A stretch of 56,332 nt of DNA from an uncultured Candidatus Saccharibacteria bacterium (GTDB taxonomy: Bacteria > Patescibacteriota > Minisyncoccia > Phycocordibacterales > WO2-35-19). How positions within the stretch are numbered: the first letter of the stretch is position 1; every line of letters starts with the position of its first letter. The stretch lies in assembly GCA_964440955.1 (NCBI GenBank), contig CAYTTP010000003.1:1-56332 (forward strand), given 5' to 3'. The notes under the pieces were generated by a model. The model was not told the DNA's origin. It saw only the letters and a list, made by a program, of their open reading frames with translations, and made no database searches. Shown piece by piece: positions 27,136 to 34,882 of the stretch. The position numbers and the translations under genes are program-made.

Positions 27136-28056
27136 TTGTATAAATCAAATAAAATAGGTTATCCTCTGTTCGGAGGCCTTGTGGATAAACCTGCATTTGA
27201 AAGGTATTTTCTGAGAGATGTAAATCATCAGAGTGGTAGGGTGAAAAATCGAGAAATTTTTGCTCCAAACGATTCAATGCGTGAGGTGCAAGAGGGTATA
27301 GTGGCCAAACTTCGGTCTTTGGAGATTGAGATGCCGAGCGCGACTGGTGGTGTCAGGAATGGTTCGCCAGTCAATAACGTCCTCAAACATTGGTCACCTT
27401 ACAATAAGAGTGCGAGATACTTTTTTCTGCTTGATCTAGCATCTGCTTACAAGAATGTCCTTGTGAGCGATATGTTAGTTGAACTGAAGAGGGTGTGGCC
27501 ACATGATTGCGACGAGAAGTTTGTTCAGAGTGTTATGAATCACTGCTTGATACCGGGTGAGGGTTTGGCAACTGGAGGTAACGCCTCGCCAGATATTTTC
27601 AACCTATGTATGGAGATTTCGATTGATCGGCAAATACGCTCGTATGCCGAATACAACGATCTCACCTACACTCGTTATCTCGATGATCTGACTTTCTCAT
27701 CTCCTTTTCCGATAGGTAAGAGGAAGAGGAATACGATCATCAAGATTCTCACTGAAGCTGGTTGTGTCGTTAACCATCAAAAGTCTCAGGTGCTTGATAT
27801 CGAAAAGCATCATGTGGAAATAAATGGTATCGGCTTGCGTCGTAGCGGACACTTCTTCATGCCTAGTCGGGTCTTGGATGAGTTAAAAAACTTGCTCTAT
27901 CGGGCAACTAGAGGGGAGTCCATTTCCGATTCTCTCATTCAAGGCAAGATGGGCGGGTTCATCTATCTTAGGAGAAAAGGCTTGCTTGCTCTGACCGAGA
28001 GAGAACGTAATATCCTTCGACGGTACGAGCAATATCTGCCGTTGCGCCGGGGTTAA
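27136..28056 (+). CDS. reverse transcriptase, minimal stand-alone type (retron/defence-RT-like)
   Basis: RT motifs: NREIFAPNDSMREVQ, SATGGVRNGSPVNNVLKH, FFLLDLASAY, GLATGGNASPDIFNL, YTRYLDDLTFSS (27676-27687), VNHQKS, EINGIGL. The likely true start is GTG 27181, behind GGAGG at 27172-27176. Confidence 0.88.
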   Translation: MYKSNKIGYPLFGGLVDKPAFERYFLRDVNHQSGRVKNREIFAPNDSMREVQEGIVAKLRSLEIEMPSATGGVRNGSPVNNVLKHWSPYNKSARYFFLLDLASAYKNVLVSDMLVELKRVWPHDCDEKFVQSVMNHCLIPGEGLATGGNASPDIFNLCMEISIDRQIRSYAEYNDLTYTRYLDDLTFSSPFPIGKRKRNTIIKILTEAGCVVNHQKSQVLDIEKHHVEINGIGLRRSGHFFMPSRVLDELKNLLYRATRGESISDSLIQGKMGGFIYLRRKGLLALTERERNILRRYEQYLPLRRG

Positions 28057-28130
28057 ATCCTCGGCGCTCTGTTTTTAATAGTGTGTAAAAATTTTGAAAT
28101 ATCTGGTATTGTGTGCGGAGGAGGTGAACT

Positions 28131-28535
28131 ATGTCCAGTATCTCGAATAGAGAAATGACATTTGTTGTAGCTGTTCTGTACTCTTTGCCCGAAAAGTGGC
28201 GAGGGGTTGGCCGTTCTTTCTCGTTTGAGGATGTGCAAGATAGGCTACATCTTGCTTGGCATAGACTCTATCAAGAAGGATTGCTTGGGGAGTTTGGTGA
28301 ATCGTTTTCTTTTGACGCTCTTTGTGGCTCAGACAGTCTTGGGCAAGCACTTCGCACAGCTGCGGTAGATGGGCTCATAAGGATCGGTGGCTCTGATATG
28401 GCTTATCATGTTGATGTCCTGAAGCCTGACCAAATTGATCGTATGTTAGAGTCGTGCGTAATAGACCGAAGTGCCGTGACTACTGCTGTCAAACGTCTCG
28501 AAGCTATTCTCGAAGAGAAACCCTCCCCGGCTTAG
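28131..28535 (+). CDS. hypothetical 134-aa protein, RT-associated
   Basis: Strong RBS GGAGGAGG 7 nt upstream of the ATG. Same strand as the RT and 74 nt after it. No motif recognised. Confidence 0.6.
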   Translation: MSSISNREMTFVVAVLYSLPEKWRGVGRSFSFEDVQDRLHLAWHRLYQEGLLGEFGESFSFDALCGSDSLGQALRTAAVDGLIRIGGSDMAYHVDVLKPDQIDRMLESCVIDRSAVTTAVKRLEAILEEKPSPA

Positions 28536-28553
28536 AGTCGGGGAGTTTGGTTT
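28523..28553 (+). terminator. hairpin plus T-rich tract closing the RT module
   Basis: CTCCCCG-(9 nt including the stop)-CGGGGAG, then TTTGGTTTG. Confidence 0.55.
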
Positions 28554-28597
28554 GTAATAAACTAAAAATCTGTTAAAATCTCAAAAGTAATAATATT

Positions 28598-28681
28598 GCG
28601 TCGGTGGTAGAGTGGTCAATTACAACAGACTGTAAATCTGTCGCCCATTGGGCTACGCAGGTTCGAATCCTGCCCGGCGCA
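28598..28681 (+). tRNA. tRNA-Tyr(GUA), class II, no CCA encoded
   Basis: Acceptor GCGTCGG/CCGGCGC, anticodon arm CAGAC-TGTAAAT-CTG, long variable arm CGCCCATTGGGC, T arm GCAGG-TTCGAAT-CCTGC, A73. Confidence 0.88.
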
Positions 28682-28872
28682 CAAAATAAAACCCAGCTTC
28701 TGCTGGTGTTTTATTTTGTGCGCCGGAAGTGCAGCTTTGTGTAGCAAAGCGTAGCACGGATTCGAAAGGCGGAAGAAATTTTTTAGCAAAAAAATTTCTG
28801 AGCCGGGGTCGCGAGCGATTTTGCTTGACTGAAGCAAAATCGACTTGTGACCGAATCCTGCCCGGCGCACCA
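28664..28872 (+). repeat. tRNA-3'-end-associated structured element, type A (tRNA-Tyr copy), with 19-nt direct repeats
   Basis: CGAATCCTGCCCGGCGCAC lies at 28664-28682 and 28852-28870; the second copy reads through to ...ACCA. Internal antisense segments are GTGCGCCGG (28718-28726) and GCACGGATTCG (28754-28764). The 3' module GGTCGCGAG-hairpin-CTTGTGACC is at 28807-28852. Confidence 0.8.
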
Positions 28873-29031
28873 CTTCGCTCTGTTATCACAGAGCTTCGCG
28901 GTGCAAGCACAAAAAGATCCCCAGAGATGGTGGTATTTTTGTTATAATTAAGCGAAGTGGTCCCGCGGAGCTAAACCCAGCAAAGCTTTAGCGAAGTTGG
29001 GTAGCGGAGTGGGGCACAAATAAAATTATAT

Positions 29032-29232
29032 GAAAAAGACGCCTTGAGAGGCGTCTGGATGAGGGTGGGGAGTCAGGCTGCCGCAGGACGCGGATTATCC
29101 TATTCTCATAGGACAGACCGCTATTTGCCTATCTCTACCCACCCTCAAGCGGTGAGGATGAAGAGAGCTTCACGCAGGGCGCTTGCGCTGGCACCTGTGT
29201 GGGGTGGGTTGCTCAATCTCCATCCTCACGCA
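29032..29232 (-). ncRNA. unclassified GC-rich structured sRNA (about 200 nt)
   Basis: Consensus promoter upstream and an intrinsic terminator (AGACGCC-loop-GGCGTCT plus U5) at the 3' end. Two long irregular helices: GUGAGGAUGGAGA..GAGC/GCUC..UCUUCAUCCUCAC and GAGGGUGGG.../...CCCACCCUC, with internal GNRA-type loops. Confidence 0.65.
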
Positions 29233-29238
29233 TTTACT

Positions 29239-29267
29239 ATTATAGCAAATGTTTGATTGCCTGTCAA
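29239..29267 (-). promoter_or_regulatory. consensus sigma70-type promoter for the sRNA
   Basis: On the minus strand: TTGACA (29267-29262), a 17-nt spacer, then TATAAT (29244-29239). Confidence 0.7.
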
Positions 29268-29285
29268 TAAATTTCAGTGGAAAGA

Positions 29286-30584
29286 TTATTTACCAATCAG
29301 GGCTTCACTCCATTTGTAAATATTGCCCGCACCCATAAGGACGATGCAGAGAGGTTTATCTGATTTTATCGTTTCTATTTCTCGTTTTAGTTCCCCAGCA
29401 TTTTCTACTGTATTAGCTTCAGTATGTTTATTGACTGCTTCAGCAAGGGTTTGGTTCGTCACTACACCTGTGGCATTTTCCTTATTTATATATATAGGCG
29501 CAATGAAAACTTTGTCGGCAATTTTTAGCGATTCGACAAAATCGTCAAAAAACATTTTGGTTCGGAGTTCTTGATGTGGTTCGAAAACACAGACAAGGGT
29601 GTGTTCTGGGTATTCCCCCTTTAGAGCTGAAAGGGAAGCGGTGATTTCGGTTGGGTGGTGAGCATAATCCGTATAAAAAATATTTCCATCTTTTTCGTCT
29701 ACCTTTTCGAGTCTTCTCCATGTGCCTCTAAAATCTTTTAGAGCATTTTCTGATTTTTCTTTTGGGATGTTTAAACTTTCAGTTGCCGTAATAGATGCTT
29801 TGGCGTCTAAGATATTGTGCTTCCCTGGTACTAAGAGTTTTATATTCAAATCATTTTTTGTGTAATCCAAAACTTTAGCTTGAACATTTTTCAAAACTGG
29901 TTCGATGTTTGGGTGGTTGGGGTCGGTCACGATAAACCCATCTCGACCAACTTTTTGGGCTATTTCTTCAAAAGCATTTTGAATGTCGGCAAGGTCTTTG
30001 TAATAGTCGAGGTGATCAGCTTCAATATTGGTGATCACTAAAATAGAAGGGGAGAGATTTAAAAATGATCTTTTATATTCACATGCCTCGACGACCAGAT
30101 ATTTTGATTTGCCAGCGACGAAGTTTGTGTATTCTTGGGCCTTTGAATCAATCATTTTCGAACCAACAACGATAGTCGGGTCGAAGCCTGCTTCTTGGAG
30201 AATGTGGCCGATCATGGCAGTGGTCGTCGTTTTGCCGTGAGTGCCAGCTATCGCGATTGTATACATTTGCTTTGAAAGTTCTCCTAAAGCTTGAGGATAG
30301 GTGATACAAGTAAGACCTCGTTTGCGAGCCTCGATAAGCTCTGGATTTTCCTCTGTTATCGCTACGGTATAGATGACAATCTCGACATTATTACCAATAT
30401 TTTCGGGCCTTTGACCGATCATAATTTCAACTCCTATTTTTTGGAGTGCCTCGGTTATTTCTGAAGCAGAATTATCCGAGCCGGCTACCTTTTTGCCTTG
30501 CAAGACAAGCATTTTGGCGATGGCTGAAATCCCAATCCCGCCAATGCCTATAAAGTGATAGTTGTTTTTTGAAAAGATATCCAC
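29286..30584 (-). CDS. murC: UDP-N-acetylmuramate--L-alanine ligase
   Basis: 432 aa. HFIGIGGIGISAIA, the GTHGKTTTT P-loop, and Mur ligase middle and C-terminal domains. Confidence 0.92.
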   Translation of the reverse strand: MDIFSKNNYHFIGIGGIGISAIAKMLVLQGKKVAGSDNSASEITEALQKIGVEIMIGQRPENIGNNVEIVIYTVAITEENPELIEARKRGLTCITYPQALGELSKQMYTIAIAGTHGKTTTTAMIGHILQEAGFDPTIVVGSKMIDSKAQEYTNFVAGKSKYLVVEACEYKRSFLNLSPSILVITNIEADHLDYYKDLADIQNAFEEIAQKVGRDGFIVTDPNHPNIEPVLKNVQAKVLDYTKNDLNIKLLVPGKHNILDAKASITATESLNIPKEKSENALKDFRGTWRRLEKVDEKDGNIFYTDYAHHPTEITASLSALKGEYPEHTLVCVFEPHQELRTKMFFDDFVESLKIADKVFIAPIYINKENATGVVTNQTLAEAVNKHTEANTVENAGELKREIETIKSDKPLCIVLMGAGNIYKWSEALIGK

Positions 30585-30628
30585 TGCACAATTATTACAT
30601 ATGTGATATAAAAATTGTAGGAGGTCAC

Positions 30629-30856
30629 ATGTTTGAACCTGATACCTGTGTCCGGCTTAAGGAGCGTGGTTCGGACGAGTTTTCTACAAGACTTTTGGAT
30701 GGTTGGAGAAAGGCGTATGCTCATCTTGAACCGTTTTTCGTCCATCAACATCCCGATTCGGAACATGTTTCAATCAGGGGTGCAGATGGGCAGATTATCC
30801 ACTTTGGTAGTGTGGAATGTCCATTACTCCATATCTCGTTTATCGAGGTAGTCTGA
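30629..30856 (+). CDS. hypothetical small protein (75 aa)
   Basis: An ATG 4 nt after AGGAGG (30619-30624). It sits alone on the + strand between murC and murB, with a GC-rich hairpin downstream. Confidence 0.4.
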   Translation: MFEPDTCVRLKERGSDEFSTRLLDGWRKAYAHLEPFFVHQHPDSEHVSIRGADGQIIHFGSVECPLLHISFIEVV

Positions 30857-30902
30857 TGGTCTCTTTCAAAAGACTGGCGGTCATCTAGGTGGCCGCCAAT
30901 TT

Positions 30903-31952
30903 TTATTCCACCAGATTTACTTCGCGCTCGAGGGTAATGCCGAATTTTTTATATACGCTATCGCTGATATATTTTTGAGCTTTGAGTAAGTCTTTAAATG
31001 AAGCCTTGTTTGGATTGGTGAGGACTAGGGCGTTATTTTTGTAAATAACAATATTTGAAATCGTTTTACCTTTGAGGCCTAAACTATCAATCAAAAAACC
31101 TGCCGGCACCTTGGTACCCTCTTCTGATTCAAAAAGTGGCAGGGTGGGGAATTTTTGTTTTAATTTTTTGGCTGACAATTTTGAGATAAACGGGTTTTTA
31201 AAAAACGAGCCACAGTTTGGGATTATTTTTGGGTCGGGTAGTTTGTGAGCACGTATTTTTATAATAGCTTTTCGTATTTGTTTTAAATTTGGAGACGTGA
31301 TGCCTTGCTCCGCAAAATAGTTTTGAACATCTTTATAATTTGGTATTTTTACATTATTGATATGATCCCCCTTCGCTTTGTTTCGGCGTGGCAAGTTGTG
31401 AGTAGGGTGTAATTTGAAAGTGACATAAGTGATAACCCATCTTTTTGGGTATTTTTTAAAAATACTATTTCGATAACTAAATTGGCAGTCCTTGTTTTTA
31501 AGGGTGACCCATTTTTTTGTTTTTGTATCATAAGCTTCGACCAAAACAATTGTATCTTTTACTTCGCTTCCATAGGCACCAATATTTTGAATAGGGGAAG
31601 CACCAACCGTACCAGGGATAGCGGAGAGTGCTTCAATACCAGAAAGATTTTTGGAAACGGTGAATTTCACGAACTTATCCCAATTTTCTCCAGCTCCTAC
31701 TCTGATCATTGTTGATTTTGAGTTTGTCTGCCTAACCTCCACTCCTCGTATTTTTATAAGGCCGATTATATAAGGAAGTGAGGTATCGGAAAATATACTA
31801 TTGCTTCCCCCTCCTAAAATGATAGTTTTGTTTTTGTCCGATCTTTCTACAAATCTTTCTATATCACTCTTTGTTCTTAAAATAGATAGAGACAGAGCTT
31901 TGCCCCCGATCCGCATAGTACTCAAATGACGCGTTTCCACAGTTTTTTTCAT
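30903..31952 (-). CDS. murB: UDP-N-acetylenolpyruvoylglucosamine reductase
   Basis: 349 aa. FAD-binding PCMH-type N-terminus (ILGGGSNSIF) and a MurB C-terminal domain. Confidence 0.9.
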   Translation of the reverse strand: MKKTVETRHLSTMRIGGKALSLSILRTKSDIERFVERSDKNKTIILGGGSNSIFSDTSLPYIIGLIKIRGVEVRQTNSKSTMIRVGAGENWDKFVKFTVSKNLSGIEALSAIPGTVGASPIQNIGAYGSEVKDTIVLVEAYDTKTKKWVTLKNKDCQFSYRNSIFKKYPKRWVITYVTFKLHPTHNLPRRNKAKGDHINNVKIPNYKDVQNYFAEQGITSPNLKQIRKAIIKIRAHKLPDPKIIPNCGSFFKNPFISKLSAKKLKQKFPTLPLFESEEGTKVPAGFLIDSLGLKGKTISNIVIYKNNALVLTNPNKASFKDLLKAQKYISDSVYKKFGITLEREVNLVE

Positions 31953-31986
31953 ATAAAAATTATATCACATATGATATATTACCAAT

Positions 31987-33495
31987 ATGAGCAATCAACA
32001 ACGCATAGGGGCACTTATCAAAAGTCTTAGGGAAAGGAGAGGTCTCACTCAGCAGGAATTTGCAAAACACCTTAAGACTTCACAGAGTGCGGTAGCGCGA
32101 ATGGAAAGTGGTAATCAAAATTTTACTTCTAAAGAAATAGAGAAAATAAGTGAGGCATTAGATCGCAAGATAATAGCTCTCGATGAAAGTATCGATTTTA
32201 AGATTGAGGGTGGGTATCGTCTTAAAGGTTCTGTTGATACAAACCCATCTAAAAATGGTGCGTTGGGTTTGCTTTGTGCTTCTCTTTTAAACAAATCAAA
32301 GACTACACTTCATGGTATTCCAAAGATTGAGGAAGTTTTTCGTTTGATCGAGGTTTTTAAGAGTATTGGCATTTCTGTCTCTTGGGTTGGTCCTCAATCA
32401 TTAGAAATAATTCCTCCAAAAAAATTTAGTATAAAAAATATAAATAATAAATCTGCTGGCAAAATACGCTCAGTCCTCATGATGATTGGTGCCTTGATTC
32501 ATCACGAAAAGGAGTTTCGCATACCACATGCTGGTGGTTGCAAAATGGGCGAGCGAACAATAGAAGCTCATCGGCACGGACTCAACTCACTCGGTGTTTC
32601 TATTATGACAGGTGAAGATTCTTATAAAATTTCTAGTGGTAAATTGTCCGCTACTCCTATTGTCATGTATGAATCAAGTGATACCGCGACAGAAAACATT
32701 TTGATAGCTGCCTCACTTATACCTGGCAAAACAGTCATTGAATTTGCTCCGCCAAATTACCAAGTACAGGAAGTTTGTTTTTTCTTGGAGACTTGCGGAG
32801 TAAAGATTGAAGGTATCGGTACAACCACGCTTACTGTACATGGTGTGTCTCAAATAGATAGACCGATCGAGTATCACAATAGCGAAGACCCGATTGAATC
32901 GATGATGTTTATCTCGGCTGGTATCACTACTAATTCGACGCTTACTATAAAGAGATGCCCCTATGATTTTTTGAAATTGGAAATGCTCAAACTAAAGAAG
33001 ATGGGGTTGAAGTACAAAATGAGTAAGCAATATTTTTCGCACAACGGTCGAACAAAACTTGTTGATATAACGGTCTACCCATCAAAGCTAGTGGCTCCAA
33101 GTGATAAGATACATGCTCAACCATACCCAGGTATAAACTCTGACAACCTTCCGTTTTTTGTACCGATTGCTACTCAAGCAGAAGGGCGCACTCTCATCCA
33201 TGATTGGATGTGGGAAAATAGAGCTATCTATTTTACTGAAATCAATAAACTTGGAGGTTCAGTAGCGCTCGCTGATCCACATAGGGTATTTGTAAACGGA
33301 CCAACCAAACTTTCAGGTACTCAAGTAGTTTGTCCACCGGCACTACGTCCAGCAATGATTATTTTGATTGCAATGCTTTCAGCTAAGGGGACATCGATCC
33401 TTCGAAATGTATACTCGATTTATCGTGGTTATGAGGAAATAGCAGAGCGTCTCAACGCTCTCGGTGCTAAAATACAAGTAATAAAAGGAATGTAA
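31987..33495 (+). CDS. murA: XRE-type HTH domain fused to UDP-N-acetylglucosamine 1-carboxyvinyltransferase
   Basis: N-terminal region of about 65 aa: LRERRGLTQQEFAKHLKTSQSAVARMESG (HTH_3-like). The remainder has the MurA/EPSP-synthase fold with PSKNGAL and the catalytic-Cys loop PHAGGCKMGERT. Confidence 0.85.
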   Translation: MSNQQRIGALIKSLRERRGLTQQEFAKHLKTSQSAVARMESGNQNFTSKEIEKISEALDRKIIALDESIDFKIEGGYRLKGSVDTNPSKNGALGLLCASLLNKSKTTLHGIPKIEEVFRLIEVFKSIGISVSWVGPQSLEIIPPKKFSIKNINNKSAGKIRSVLMMIGALIHHEKEFRIPHAGGCKMGERTIEAHRHGLNSLGVSIMTGEDSYKISSGKLSATPIVMYESSDTATENILIAASLIPGKTVIEFAPPNYQVQEVCFFLETCGVKIEGIGTTTLTVHGVSQIDRPIEYHNSEDPIESMMFISAGITTNSTLTIKRCPYDFLKLEMLKLKKMGLKYKMSKQYFSHNGRTKLVDITVYPSKLVAPSDKIHAQPYPGINSDNLPFFVPIATQAEGRTLIHDWMWENRAIYFTEINKLGGSVALADPHRVFVNGPTKLSGTQVVCPPALRPAMIILIAMLSAKGTSILRNVYSIYRGYEEIAERLNALGAKIQVIKGM

Positions 33496-34871
33496 TGGAT
33501 ATTAAAGGTAAAAAAGTGTTATTGATGGGATTGGGGATTTTAGGTGGCGGAGTAGCGACTGCGCGATTTTTAGTAGAGCAGGGAGCTATACTCACTGTGA
33601 CTGATATGAAAGATGCAAATTATCTTGCGTCATCACTTGAAAAACTCTCTGATCTAAAAGAGAAAATAAAGTGGGTGCTTGGCGAACACAGGGAGGAAGA
33701 TTTTTTAGAGTGCGACATACTTGTCATCAACCCAGACGTACCAGCCTCAAACCCGTTTGTCGAAAAGGCGAGACAGGCCGGCAAACCAATCGAAAATGAA
33801 TTGACTTTGTTTTTCAAATTTTCTCCATGCAAAAGCATTATCGCGATCACTGGTACTCGTGGCAAGACAACAACGACCAATTGGACCGGACACATTTTGA
33901 AAGAAGCGGGGATTGATGCACGGGTGATCGGTAATGATCCGGAGAGACCATTTCTTTCGGAAATCAAAAAATGCACCAAAGATACAGTCGCGGTTATTGA
34001 AACTCCTTCTTTTCAACTTGAAATATTTGGTGAGTCTGGTTGCGCTCCTCACATCGCAGTCATCACCAACCTCTATCAAGACCATTTGAGTCGCCACAAA
34101 ACAATGGAAGAATATGCGCTTGCTAAGGCCAATATTTTTAAAAATCAGAAACCTGGTGACTATTTATTGCTCGATGATTATTTTGATGAATGGACTCAGT
34201 TTTTTATCTCTAAAAGTTCGGCGACGGTCCATCATTATGCTGATTTTTCTATCATCGGTTTTGACGCTCGTGGTTTTGCCGAGAAGTATGGTCGTCATAA
34301 TTTGAAGAACCTGCGCGCTGCTATTTCCGCATGTCATTTTTTTGGATTGACTCTTGAACAAATACTTCCGGCTATTGAGACATTGCCATTCATTCACTGG
34401 AGGCAGGAGCTTGTGTACGAGAGCGATAAACTAAAAATTTATAACGACACTGCAGCCACTTCCCCTGAAGCTTCGATGGTAGCTATAGAGCGCTTTCATA
34501 CTGAAAAGCAAAAGTCGGCTATCCCCTCGCTTGGACGTTTTTTCCCTGATCTTAATAACATGATCCTTATTTGTGGCGGAACTGATCGCGAGCTTGAGTT
34601 TAAAGGTTGGGCGCAAACAGTCAAAAAATATCTAAAACCAGAACAAGTAGTTTTTCTTTCTGGTAGTGCGACCGAAAAAATGAAAAAAGAACTGGAGTGG
34701 GAAAGTTATAATGAACACGACACGCTCGAGCAATGTTTTAAAAGCGCTCTTGACTTAGCTTCTAGGGGCAGGTCGGTGATCGTGTTCTCCCCTGGAGCAA
34801 AAAGTTTTGAAAAATTCAAAAATGAGTTTGATCGAGGCGAAAAGTTTAATGAACTCGTAAAGATGTTATAA
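33495..34871 (+). CDS. murD: UDP-N-acetylmuramoylalanine--D-glutamate ligase
   Basis: 458 aa. The GTRGKTTTT P-loop and Mur ligase domains. Start overlaps the murA stop (TAATG). Confidence 0.9.
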   Translation: MDIKGKKVLLMGLGILGGGVATARFLVEQGAILTVTDMKDANYLASSLEKLSDLKEKIKWVLGEHREEDFLECDILVINPDVPASNPFVEKARQAGKPIENELTLFFKFSPCKSIIAITGTRGKTTTTNWTGHILKEAGIDARVIGNDPERPFLSEIKKCTKDTVAVIETPSFQLEIFGESGCAPHIAVITNLYQDHLSRHKTMEEYALAKANIFKNQKPGDYLLLDDYFDEWTQFFISKSSATVHHYADFSIIGFDARGFAEKYGRHNLKNLRAAISACHFFGLTLEQILPAIETLPFIHWRQELVYESDKLKIYNDTAATSPEASMVAIERFHTEKQKSAIPSLGRFFPDLNNMILICGGTDRELEFKGWAQTVKKYLKPEQVVFLSGSATEKMKKELEWESYNEHDTLEQCFKSALDLASRGRSVIVFSPGAKSFEKFKNEFDRGEKFNELVKML

Positions 34872-34882
34872 TCCCAATTGTT

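Noticed and set aside
26833-28560. Calling the RT module a diversity-generating retroelement, a group II intron or a classical retron.
   Set aside because: There is no template/variable repeat pair (the only repeat is 13 nt). There are no intron domains V/VI and no maturase or endonuclease region. I could not find terminal a1/a2-type inverted repeats bounding the leader. Classification needs profile searches that I cannot run.
28616-29256. Track ORFs 28616-28873 and 28653-28910 (minus strand) and 28729-28947 and 29044-29256 (plus strand).
   Set aside because: They overlap tRNA-Tyr, the element and the promoter/terminator-bounded sRNA. They have no RBS, and their GC-rich composition reflects RNA structure.
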